64,000 nucleotides of DNA from Escherichia coli (GCF_044324875.1 NZ_CP172185.1); one strand, 5' to 3'. Shown: positions 38,815-47,994, counted from the stretch's first letter. Program-made: numbers and translations. The notes: a model not told the origin generated them from the sequence alone.

Positions 38815-40397
38815 GATGAGAGATCTCCGTTGATTTGGATTGACTTCACATCATTAATCACCGCGGTAAAACTTTACGGCATCATGTCATTAAGCAATGC
38901 TACAACTCTCTGATTAAGAGTGATTGAAACGGAACAAACCATCCCGGAACGAAAAGATAATCCTGCACACAGCAGCAAAACACGCAACAACAGCATGAAT
39001 GGATTTAAAAACGACATGGACGACGAGAAAAGCCTGAAGGGAAAAGGATCCACAGAACATTCGAACAAAACACCAGAAACGCAACCAGAACGCTTCCTGG
39101 CAATGCAAATCAACAACAACGCCAAAACCTACAGCTTAATCACACAACTCAATCACGAATGCGAATGACACGTTTAAAACCTGTTTACAGATAACGCCGT
39201 AACACGATCATCCCCATCACCATCAGAATCGATTTTCTCATCCCGAAAATGTTACGTTTCACTACGCACCATAAAAACGATTAACCATCGATAACGTAAA
39301 TCTCATCTGAATCAAAAAACCAAAACCAATCATCACACTTTCGCAATGCAAGAAGAAAAACCACATCATGACGAAAACAATGACCTTACATGAAAAAGCA
39401 AAACGTCAGGAATCGTTAATGCCTCAATCTGATTGTTATCAAAACATCCAGAAAGTCGTTTAACAGAATCGTCGTAAGCACATCGAAAAGAACGTCAGAT
39501 CACCTCAGGAAAGTTCGGGTTGATTTAGCGTAAAGATACTTTTCTCAGCTTAACGTCGAAACACAAACCAAAAACCACAAACAACCAAAGCTCAGGAAAG
39601 GTTAAACGTCACATCAGTAAAATCGAATAGCAGATTGATTGCTTAAACAGGAAAGATTGTTTTACAGCAGCATTAAACTGATTTAGTTAACGTAAAATCA
39701 GAACTGACAGGTTTACTAACTTGGATGTGTATCAGTTCAAAAATGTGTACAGCAATGCGTAATGAAACACATTTAAAGGAGATTAATGGGAAAAGTGTGT
39801 AAATGCGTAAACATGCACTAATGAATCACTGAAGGAATACATACAAAACGACTTAATGAAAACATAAAAGGACCTAATGGAAAAGGTGTATATAATACCA
39901 TATCCGACATTCTCAACATCTTAAGACATCCATGCAGACTGAATGTTGGTTTCAGTTTTTCACGGTAAGCATGAATCTTTTCTGTTCAAAAGCAGAGCAG
40001 ATTTACTCTGGAATTATTTTTCTTACTCCGTATTCTGTACAGCAAAAACTTGTGCTAACTTTACAGCAAACCATCATAATCAGCGTCTGTAGTCCCATCG
40101 CTTTACCCCATGAAAGTGAATCCATATGATGTGAGAGAGATAAGTCATCGTATCCGGTAAACACTGCTTACTATAACATAAGATCATTCAGTCAGTTTTA
40201 TCTCTGAACTGACGATTATGGCATGCTCATTTATATGGCTCACAGAGGAGTGTTATTATCCGTAAGCTTTAATCATCAAATCACATGACCATACCAAACT
40301 GGCGCTATATCAGCTCATTTGACGCTCATTCCCTTTAGATTTCTTTATGTGTTTTTTGTCGATAATTAAAATGTAATATAAATTTAATATTTTCACA
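38815..40397. other. 1.58-kb ORF-poor tract with strong strand composition skew and recurring short words
   Basis: The only track ORFs are 38874-39168 (three overlapping, low-complexity) and a 65-aa one at 39932. The + strand of about 38,900-39,720 is conspicuously A/C-rich. See the findings for word positions. Confidence 0.6.
39760..39883 (+). repeat. five spaced TAATG(A/G)(A/G)A words
   Basis: TAATG starts at 39760, 39784, 39819, 39854 and 39875, giving spacings of 24, 35, 35 and 21 nt. The contexts are cgTAATGAAAC, atTAATGGGAA, acTAATGAATC, ctTAATGAAAA and ccTAATGGAAA. Confidence 0.5.
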
Positions 40398-41621
40398 TCA
40401 TAAACACCATTTAAAACCATCATCCTGAACATCATACAACAATATATTTTTACTAAAGCATGAATTGTATATTTCTATTAATTCAGGAAAATTATCAGGA
40501 TTCACCTTTAAATTCAACTGAATGTTACACTTAATTTCACTCAGCAGTTCTTCATGCGTGGATTTTATTATCCCTTTATCATAATCTATAAATACACACA
40601 TGTTTTTCATGAATTCAAACCCTTTTCCTGTATACAGTTTGATGAATGCCACAAGAGCAAACATTTCAAGATGCAGCCATAATGCCACGTGAGTTTTTCG
40701 CAAAGTATAAAAAATTGAATTCGCCACTTTTTTACTTATTGCTCTTTTGTACTGTGAGTGCGCCAGATTCAGTAGTGGCAATTCTCTCTCGATAAATGAA
40801 AGTGAAAAAGGCGGGTAAATTGATGTCGGAAATATTTCAGGTCTTATGATATTTTCGATTTCCACCATAAATCTATCCATAGAACGAAAATCATTTTCTT
40901 TTTTTATTCTGGTATAGAGACCGCCTTTATTCCTTACTGCGACTTTTTTTCGTGCTATCCCCCCCAACATTTCCTCTAATTGTTTATTTATCTTCGTATC
41001 ATTAAATACAACCATTCTTCTTATCATCCTGGGAAGGATGATAATATCAGAGCTTGAATCACTTGAACGGCAATTATTATTGATCCATGCAACTTCAAGT
41101 TGAAGTATCGGAACATTAAATTCTCTGGGGTTAATAACTCTCTGATATTGTTTTTTGTATGCGTTTTCATTAAGATATTCTCTGCTGTAGAGAAACTTAT
41201 AGCAATATAATCTGACAATATCCTTTATGTAAGATTTAAATGAGTCACCTGTAACAGATATATTTTTTCTTCTCAGTAACTCCTGTGTATTGAGCCATTC
41301 CCGTGACCGGAGTACTCCATTATGAAGACTTTTTCTTACTTGCTTTGAATTGCGCAATTGATGTAATATTTTTGCGTCCTCAACAATTCTCTTTCCCGTT
41401 TGATTTCTTGCAGCATCTATTACTCTGTCAAATATCTCCCGGTCCAGACTTTTGTCATATTTACTGATTATACGACAAATATTCCTGACCCGACGGTTCT
41501 CTTTATTTCGTTTCCATAACTGATAATGATCATCACATAACCTCAGGGCATTTGCCTCATCAAATTCTGAAACAGGATTGCTGCATTTTTTATTCCGACA
41601 GATACCTTTGTTTTTAGCCAT
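40398..41621 (-). CDS. hypothetical 407-aa protein, AT-rich orphan with an N-terminal Cys/His cluster
   Basis: This is the only long ORF here, and its Lys/Asn/Ile-rich composition matches the very AT-rich DNA. The N-terminus is MAKNKGICRNKKCSNPVSEFDEANALRLCDDHYQLWKRNKENRR (C-x4-C-x16-C-x2-H). I recognise no family. Confidence 0.7.
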   Translation of the reverse strand: MAKNKGICRNKKCSNPVSEFDEANALRLCDDHYQLWKRNKENRRVRNICRIISKYDKSLDREIFDRVIDAARNQTGKRIVEDAKILHQLRNSKQVRKSLHNGVLRSREWLNTQELLRRKNISVTGDSFKSYIKDIVRLYCYKFLYSREYLNENAYKKQYQRVINPREFNVPILQLEVAWINNNCRSSDSSSDIIILPRMIRRMVVFNDTKINKQLEEMLGGIARKKVAVRNKGGLYTRIKKENDFRSMDRFMVEIENIIRPEIFPTSIYPPFSLSFIERELPLLNLAHSQYKRAISKKVANSIFYTLRKTHVALWLHLEMFALVAFIKLYTGKGFEFMKNMCVFIDYDKGIIKSTHEELLSEIKCNIQLNLKVNPDNFPELIEIYNSCFSKNILLYDVQDDGFKWCL

Positions 41622-41721
41622 ACTCTTCTTCCCGTCAATGGAAAAATTTTCACGTCCATATTACCTGACTGAGAGGCCGGATTAATGTGATCCGGTTCAG
41701 TGAAATCAACAGGATAACGGT

Positions 41722-42606
41722 ATGTCATTCAGCCATTCTTCCCTCTCCGCACACGTAAAGTCACATCTGACCTTTCTTCCTGAAGAAATTCGCCAGAAAA
41801 TCCTTGAACATCTTCGCAGCGTCATTCAGTACGAACCCGTTATTGGCATTATGGGTAAATCCGGTGCCGGAAAAAGCAGCCTGTGCAATGCCATTTTTCA
41901 GTCCCGTGTCTGCGCCACGCATCCGCTGAACGGCTGCACCCGTCAGGCTCATCGTCTTACCTTTCAGCCCGGTGAACGAAGAATGACGCTGGTCGATCTG
42001 CCCGGCACTGGCGAAACACCACAGCATGATCAGGAATACCGGGCACTTTACAGTCAGTTACTGCCCGAACTGGATCTGATTATCTGGATCCTGCGGGCTG
42101 ATGAACGTGCGTATGCTGCCGACATCGCCATGCATCAGTTTTTACTGAATGAAGGTGCCGATCCCTCGCGTTTTCTGTTTGTTCTCAGCCATGCCGATCG
42201 CATCCACCCGGCTGAAGAATGGAACAACCAGAGCAGCACGCCATCCCGTCAGCAGGAACTCTCACTGGCGACGGTGACAGCCCGGGTGGCAACCCTGTTC
42301 CCTTCATCATTTCCGGTACTCCCCATAGCCGCTCCTGCCGGCTGGAATCTTCCGGCATTTGTGTCTCTGATGATCCACGCCCTGCCACCACAGGCAACCA
42401 GCGCGGTTTATTCGCATATCCGGAATGAAAAGCGCACTGCGCAGGATCAGCAACACGCACAGCAGGCTTTTGGTGACGCCATCGGCCAGAGTTTTGACGC
42501 TGCCATTGCCCGGTTCAGCTTTCCGGCCTGGATGCTGCAGCTTCTGCGCAAAGCCCGTGATCGCATTATCCGCCTGCTGATCACACTGTGGGATCGCCTG
42601 TTCTGA
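41722..42606 (+). CDS. YeeP/YkfA/YfjP-family island GTPase
   Basis: 294 aa with P-loop GIMGKSGAGKSSL and G3 motif DLPGTGE. It occupies the first position of the CP4-type conserved module. Confidence 0.85.
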   Translation: MSFSHSSLSAHVKSHLTFLPEEIRQKILEHLRSVIQYEPVIGIMGKSGAGKSSLCNAIFQSRVCATHPLNGCTRQAHRLTFQPGERRMTLVDLPGTGETPQHDQEYRALYSQLLPELDLIIWILRADERAYAADIAMHQFLLNEGADPSRFLFVLSHADRIHPAEEWNNQSSTPSRQQELSLATVTARVATLFPSSFPVLPIAAPAGWNLPAFVSLMIHALPPQATSAVYSHIRNEKRTAQDQQHAQQAFGDAIGQSFDAAIARFSFPAWMLQLLRKARDRIIRLLITLWDRLF

Positions 42607-42716
42607 ATGTCCCCGCTTTTTGACCGGCCCCGGCGATAACCAGGAAACGCATTTCCGGTTGCGTCACCACAATGCTGAAGGGCTTCGGTAAACCCTCATT
42701 CATTTCATCCATCAGG

Positions 42717-42746
42717 CCGCGTCTTCTCCGTGAGACGCGGCTTTTT
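42717..42746 (+). terminator. intrinsic terminator between the GTPase and DUF932 genes
   Basis: CCGCGTCT-8 nt-AGACGCGG followed by cTTTTT. Confidence 0.7.
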
Positions 42747-42791
42747 CATTGATTACGTCATTCAGTCTTAACCACTGATAAGGAGCAAAGT

Positions 42792-43610
42792 ATGCGATTA
42801 GCCAGTCGTTTTGGTTATGCGAACCAGATACGCCGTGACCGTCCGCTGACCCGTGAAGAGCTGATGCACCATGTGCCCGGGATTTTCGGGGAAGATAAAC
42901 ACACCTCCCGGAGCCGGAACTATACATACATCCCCACCATCACCGTGCTGGAAAGCCTGCAGCGGGAAGGCTTTCAGCCATTCTTCGCCTGCCAGACCCG
43001 CGTACGTGACCCGGGTCGCCGGGGGTATACCAAACACATGCTGCGTCTGCGCCGTGACGGGGAGATAAACGGACAACATGTCCCTGAAATTATTCTGCTC
43101 AACTCTCATGACGGTACCTCCAGCTACCAGATGCTGCCGGGTTACTTCAGGTTCGTCTGCCAGAACGGATGCGTCTGCGGTCAGTCTCGGGGGGAAGTGC
43201 GTGTTCCGCACCGGGGAAATGTGGTGGACAGAGTCATTGAAGGGGCTTACGAGGTGGTGGGCGTGTTTGACCGGATAGAGGAGAAGCGTGATGCCATGCA
43301 GTCGCTGGTCCTGCCGCCACCGGCACGCCAGGCGCTGGCACAGGCGGCACTGACTTACCGTTATGGTGACGAACATCAGCCCGTCACCACCGCCGACATT
43401 CTGACACCACGACGCCGGGAGGATTACGGTAAGGACCTGTGGAGTGCTTATCAGACCATCCAGGAGAATATGCTGAAAGGCGGGATTTCCGGTCGCAGTG
43501 CAAAAGGAAAACGTATCCATACCCGGGCCATTCACAGCATTGATACCGATATAAAACTCAACCGCGCATTGTGGGTGATGGCAGAAACGCTGCTGGAGAG
43601 CATGCGCTGA
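42792..43610 (+). CDS. DUF932 protein (YfjQ/YafZ family)
   Basis: 272 aa: MRLASRFG..RPLTREELMHHVPGIFGEDKH..YTYIPT..LLNSHDGTSSYQ... Confidence 0.85.
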   Translation: MRLASRFGYANQIRRDRPLTREELMHHVPGIFGEDKHTSRSRNYTYIPTITVLESLQREGFQPFFACQTRVRDPGRRGYTKHMLRLRRDGEINGQHVPEIILLNSHDGTSSYQMLPGYFRFVCQNGCVCGQSRGEVRVPHRGNVVDRVIEGAYEVVGVFDRIEEKRDAMQSLVLPPPARQALAQAALTYRYGDEHQPVTTADILTPRRREDYGKDLWSAYQTIQENMLKGGISGRSAKGKRIHTRAIHSIDTDIKLNRALWVMAETLLESMR

Positions 43611-43691
43611 TGCCGTTTCCCTGAGTGAGGGAATCATTCAGCTTTCGTTCCTGAAAAACACACATTTATTTGTTATTTAAGGCGTTATCTC

Positions 43692-44171
43692 ATGAAAACC
43701 GTTTCTCAGAATACCCCCACAATTTATTCAGCTACAACACCAGAGAATAATCCGCCTCAGTTGGTTGCCAGCCTCGTCCCTGATGAACAGCGCATCAGCT
43801 TCTGGCCGCAGCATTTTGGCCTCATTCCACAGTGGGTGACCCTGGAGCCCCGTGTCTTCGGCTGGATGGACCGTCTGTGCGAAGACTACTGCGGTGGTAT
43901 CTGGAATCTGTACACCCTGAACAACGGCGGGGCATTTATGGCCCCCGAACCGGATGATGATGATGACGAAACATGGGTACTGTTCAATGCCATGAACGGT
44001 AACCGCGCTGAAATGAGCCCGGAAGCCGCCGGCATTGCCGCCTGTCTGATGACGTACAGTCATCACGCCTGCCGTACGGAGTGTTATGCCATGACGGTTC
44101 ATTATTACCGTCTGCGGGATTACGCCCTGCAGCATCCGGAATGCAGCGCCATTATGCGCATCATTGACTGA
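43692..44171 (+). CDS. antirestriction protein (YfjX/YafX family)
   Basis: 159 aa with ..RISFWPQHFG..WMDRLCEDYCGGIWNLYTLNNGGAFMAP... Confidence 0.8.
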   Translation: MKTVSQNTPTIYSATTPENNPPQLVASLVPDEQRISFWPQHFGLIPQWVTLEPRVFGWMDRLCEDYCGGIWNLYTLNNGGAFMAPEPDDDDDETWVLFNAMNGNRAEMSPEAAGIAACLMTYSHHACRTECYAMTVHYYRLRDYALQHPECSAIMRIID

Positions 44172-44186
44172 AAGGGGGCCGGAACA

Positions 44187-44663
44187 ATGCAACAGATTTC
44201 CTTTCTGCCCGGAGAAATGACAACCAGAGAGCGCAGCCTCATTCAGCGGGCCCTGAAAGCCCTGGACCGCCATCTTCATGAACCCGGCGTGGCCTTCACC
44301 TCCACGCATGCGGCACGGGAATGGCTGATTCTGAACATGGCGGGACTGGAGCGTGAAGAATTCCGGGTGCTGTATCTGAATAACCAGAATCAGCTGATTG
44401 CCGGTGAAACCCTCTTCACCGGCACCATCAACCGCACGGAAGTCCATCCCCGGGAAGTGATTAAACGCGCCCTGTACCACAATGCCGCTGCCGTGGTGCT
44501 GGCGCACAATCACCCGTCCGGTGAAGTCACACCCAGCAAGGCAGACCGCCTTATCACGGAACGTCTGGTACAGGCGCTGGCCCTGGTGGATATCCGGGTG
44601 CCGGACCATCTGATAGTCGGTGGCAGCCAGGTTTTCTCCTTTGCCGAACATGGTCTGCTTTAA
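44187..44663 (+). CDS. RadC-like JAB-domain protein (YeeS/YkfG/YfjY family)
   Basis: 158 aa with the JAMM motif LAHNHPSGEVTPSKADRLIT. Confidence 0.88.
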   Translation: MQQISFLPGEMTTRERSLIQRALKALDRHLHEPGVAFTSTHAAREWLILNMAGLEREEFRVLYLNNQNQLIAGETLFTGTINRTEVHPREVIKRALYHNAAAVVLAHNHPSGEVTPSKADRLITERLVQALALVDIRVPDHLIVGGSQVFSFAEHGLL

Positions 44664-44725
44664 CCCGTCACAACCACATCACACCTGTTTTCACTTTTAT
44701 CTTCTGTCTTCAGAGGTATCCCATT

Positions 44726-44947
44726 ATGAAAATCATCACCCGTGGTGAAGCCATGCGTATTCACCAACAGCATCCTGCATCCCGTCTTTTTCCGTTCTGT
44801 ACCGGCAAATACCGCTGGCACGGCAGCACTGAAACGTATACCGGTCGTGAAGTGCAGGATATTCCCGGTGTGCTGGCTGTGTTTGCAGAACGTCGTAAGG
44901 ACAGTTTTGGCCCGTATGTCCGGCTGATGAGCGTCACCCTGAACTGA
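44726..44947 (+). CDS. DUF987 protein (YeeT/YkfH family)
   Basis: 73 aa: MKIITRGEAMRIHQQHPASRLFPFCTGKYRWHGS... Confidence 0.8.
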   Translation: MKIITRGEAMRIHQQHPASRLFPFCTGKYRWHGSTETYTGREVQDIPGVLAVFAERRKDSFGPYVRLMSVTLN

Positions 44948-44961
44948 GTCAGGGCATTCTG

Positions 44962-45594
44962 ATGAGCAGAATTATCACCATCACAGTGTATACGCTGGAT
45001 GAACTTTCCTGCCCGGCACGGGAAAAAGCCCGCGACGGGTACCGTCAGCATCATGCTGACAGCAACTGGTATGAAAACGTGTATGAGGACGTCAGGGAGG
45101 TCTGTGGCATTTTCGGAATTGACCTCTGCCAGCGTGTTATCCGTCTCAGCAACGGCAGGTTTATGGAAGAGCCGTGCATCTGGTTCAGCGGATTCTGCAG
45201 CCAGGGACGGAGCCTGTTTTGAAGGACGCTGGCACTGGCAGTCAGCAACAACCAGGAGAGTCCGGGAGTATGCCCCGCAGAACCGTGAGCTTCATCGTAT
45301 CGCGGATGCCCTGCAGGCGGTGCAGAAACGTAACTTCTGGCAACTGCAGGCTGAAATCCACCACCGGGGACGTTACTGCCATCCGTTATCACTGTTACCC
45401 GGAACAGTCCGACTGGTCAGGCTATGACAGCCGATGCGGAAGCCGCTGTCAGCGAAGCCCTGCGCGACCTGGCCTTCTGGCTGTACCGTCAACTGGAAAA
45501 CGAGTACGACCAGATGACCTCAGACGCCGCTGTGGATGAGGCCATTCTCATCAATGCATACATCTTCACCGAAACCGGTCAGCGCACCGGCTGA
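44962..45594 (+). pseudogene. 'antitoxin of TA stability system, N-terminal domain' family gene, with two frameshifts
   Basis: Three consecutive frame pieces: MSRIITITVYTLDELSCPAREKARD..CIWFSGFCSQG, then EGRWHWQSATTRRVREYAPQNRELHRIADALQAVQKRNFWQL.., then MTADAEAAVSEALRDLAFWLYRQLENEYDQMTSD..TGQRTG*. Confidence 0.7.
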
Positions 45595-45643
45595 CCTGTC
45601 ATCGTTAAACCATTCTTAACCACTTTTCAGAGAGGATTTTATC

Positions 45644-46012
45644 GTGTCAGACACACTCTCCGGGATAACTCATCCCGACGACAATCACGACCGCCCCTGG
45701 TGGGGGCTTCCCTGCACAGTGAGGCCCTGTTTTGGCGCCCGTCTGGTGCAGGAGGGTAACCGCCTGCATTACCTTGCCGACCGCGCCGGCATCAGAGGCC
45801 GGTTCAGCGATGCGGATGCATACCATCTGGACCAGGCCTTTCCGCTGCTGATGAAACAACTGGAACTCATGCTCACCAGCGGTGAACTGAATCCCCGCCA
45901 TCAGCATACCGTGACACTGTATGCGAAGGGGCTGACCTGCGAAGCCGACACCCTCGGCAGTTGTGGTTACGTTTATCTGGCTGTTTATCCGACGCCCGAA
46001 ACGAAAAAGTAA
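45644..46012 (+). CDS. cbeA: CbeA/YeeU-family type IV antitoxin
   Basis: 122 aa, near-identical to YeeU (MSDTL..DDNHDRPWWGLPCTV.PCFGARLVQEGNRLHYLADRAGIRG..). Confidence 0.9.
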   Translation: MSDTLSGITHPDDNHDRPWWGLPCTVRPCFGARLVQEGNRLHYLADRAGIRGRFSDADAYHLDQAFPLLMKQLELMLTSGELNPRHQHTVTLYAKGLTCEADTLGSCGYVYLAVYPTPETKK

Positions 46013-46102
46013 ACCACCGGAATAACCTTCTGCTCCGGCCAGGTGTTTTCACCACGCCACTCTCCCCATAATTTAATCTCTCATATCAGGAAAATCTTCA
46101 GT

Positions 46103-46513
46103 ATGAAATTATTACCCGACACACATGTACGGGAGGCATCGTGCTGCCCGTCTCCCGTCACCATCTGGCAGACACTGCTCATCCGTCTGCTGGACCAGCA
46201 CTATGGCCTCACACTGAATGACACACCGTTCGCTGATGAACGTGTGATTGAGCAGCATATTGAGGCCGGCATTTCACTGTGCGATGCGGTGAACTTTCTC
46301 GTTGAAAAATACGCACTGGTACGTACCGACCAGCCGGGATTCAGCGCAGGAGCCCCGTCGCAGTTAATCAACAGCATCGATATTCTCCGGGCCCGCCGGG
46401 CAACAGGCCTGATGACACGTAATAACTACAGAATGGTAAATAACATTACCCTGGGTAGCATCCGGGGGCGAAACGATGAAACTTTCCCTGACGCTGGAAG
46501 CCGACAGCATTAA
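46103..46513 (+). CDS. cbtA: CbtA/YeeV-family toxin (cytoskeleton-binding), with a C-terminal extension
   Basis: ORF 46043..46513, with the start moved to ATG 46103. It contains ..[52 protein letters not shown]... The last ~14 aa differ from K-12 CbtA, and the gene overlaps the next gene by 38 nt. Confidence 0.88.
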   Translation: MKLLPDTHVREASCCPSPVTIWQTLLIRLLDQHYGLTLNDTPFADERVIEQHIEAGISLCDAVNFLVEKYALVRTDQPGFSAGAPSQLINSIDILRARRATGLMTRNNYRMVNNITLGSIRGRNDETFPDAGSRQH

Positions 46514-46898
46514 CGTGCAGGCACTGAACATGGGGCGCATTGTCGTTGACATTGATGGTGTAAATCTCGCTGAACTGATTAACAAGGTCGCTGAATACGG
46601 TTATTCACTCCGCGTGGTGGATGAACGTGACGCTACCGAAACACCGGCGACTTCTGCCAGCTCTCATCAGTTGCCGGAAGACAATACAGTGATACAGAGC
46701 GTGATGCCATTAACCACTGAAACAGCGCTGGATATCCTCATTGCGTGGCTGCAGGACAATATCGACTGCGGGTCCGGAATTATTTTCGACAACGATGAGG
46801 ATAAAACGGATTCGGCAGCACTGCTGCCCTGTATTGAACAGGCCAGGGAGGATATCCGTACCCTGCACCAACTGCAACTTCTGCACCAGAACCGGTGA
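46476..46898 (+). CDS. YeeW-like/DUF5983 protein
   Basis: 140 aa. It occupies the conserved position after cbtA, and its hairpin acgccagcc..ggctggcgt follows. Confidence 0.7.
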   Translation: MKLSLTLEADSINVQALNMGRIVVDIDGVNLAELINKVAEYGYSLRVVDERDATETPATSASSHQLPEDNTVIQSVMPLTTETALDILIAWLQDNIDCGSGIIFDNDEDKTDSAALLPCIEQAREDIRTLHQLQLLHQNR

Positions 46899-46982
46899 AT
46901 CTCACTCACCAGACTTCATTCTCCTGACGCCAGCCTGAACAGAGCTGGCGTTTTCGTTTATAAACAGAAAGGAAACCCCATA

Positions 46983-47824
46983 ATGTCATATATCACAATC
47001 CCCCACCCGAACGCGGTCAACGGACATACAGCCGTTATCTGTTCCACAAGTATCAGACACATCCTGGCTGTACGAAAGAGTACACTGCTGCAAATCGACA
47101 CGCTTATCCGGCAACTGACAGAAATCTCAGCACTGACGGAAAGTATTGGCGGTAAAGCCGCCCCGGACTGGGCCATGAAACAGGATTTTCGCTGTGGCTG
47201 CTGGCTGAAGGAGAAACAGGAAACCGCAATGAAAGCCATTACCCGGAATCTTGACCGCGAAATCTGGCGTAACCTGATGCAGCGTTCCGGGATGCTTTCC
47301 TTAATGGATGCACAGGCACGTGATACATGGTACAGGTCACTGGAATATGATAATTTTCCGGAAATCAGTGAAGCGAACATTCTGAGCACATTTGAACAAC
47401 TGCACCAGAATAAGGATGAAGTGTTTGAGCGGGGGGTGATCAACCTCTTCAAAGGGCTGAGCTGGGATTACAAAACCAACTCACCCTGTAAATTTGGCAG
47501 TAAAATTATCGTCAACAATCTGGTGAGGTGGGACCAGTGGGGATTTCATCTTATCAGTGGAATGCAGGCAGATCGCCTGGCTGACCTGGAAAGAATGTTG
47601 CATCTGCTCAGCGGTAAACCGATCCCCGACAACCGGGGAATATCACCATTAATCTGGATGACCACATACAGTCCGTTCAGGGTAAAGGACGCTATGAAGA
47701 TGAGATGTTCATCATTAAATACTTTAAGAAGGGAGCTGCACACATCACTTTCAAAAGGCTGGAGCTGATTGACAGAATTAACGATATAATAGCCAGGCAC
47801 TTTCCTTCTGTGCTCTCAGCCTGA
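46983..47824 (+). pseudogene. DUF4942 gene with an apparent 1-nt deletion near 47634-47638
   Basis: The 261-aa ORF ends at 47768 with an implausible tail. Shifting frame at the cgggg run gives ..NITINLDDHIQSVQGKGRYEDEMFIIKYFKKGAAHITFKRLELIDRINDIIARHFPSVLSA*, ending at 47824. The total length of 842 nt equals 3n-1. Confidence 0.65.
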
Positions 47825-47934
47825 CCCCGAGTTTGATTCCCTTTCGATATCAAAAGGGACTGCGGGTACAAAAGAGGGTACATCTTTCACCAAACCAAAC
47901 AAAATAAACCAATATCAACACGATAGAAGCATTC

Positions 47935-47956
47935 TTCGATTCCGAGTCCGGCACCA
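47935..47956 (+). repeat. attR: partial copy of the tRNA-Phe 3' end (island boundary)
   Basis: ttcgattccgagtccggcacca compared with the tRNA-Phe 3' end TTCGATTCCGAGTCCGGGCACCA (one G missing). No D-arm or anticodon arm lies upstream. Confidence 0.85.
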
Positions 47957-47966
47957 AATTCATATA

Positions 47967-47994
47967 AACGGACCTCCACGGAGGTCCGTTTTTC
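47967..47994 (+). terminator. tRNA-Phe (pheU) intrinsic terminator
   Basis: aacggacctcc-ac-ggaggtccgtt followed by ttt, starting 11 nt after the CCA. Confidence 0.8.

Noticed and set aside
38874-39168. Three overlapping 64-83-aa ORFs at the start of the ORF-free tract
   Set aside because: They are mutually overlapping on both strands and have low-complexity translations (for example KTRNNSMNGFKNDMDDEKSLKGKG) produced by the A-rich skew. This is not credible coding sequence.
42798-44651. Long minus-strand ORFs 42798..43637 (279 aa) and 43728..44651 (307 aa)
   Set aside because: They are antisense to the recognised DUF932, antirestriction and RadC-like genes. Their translations are His/Gly/Val-rich and featureless.
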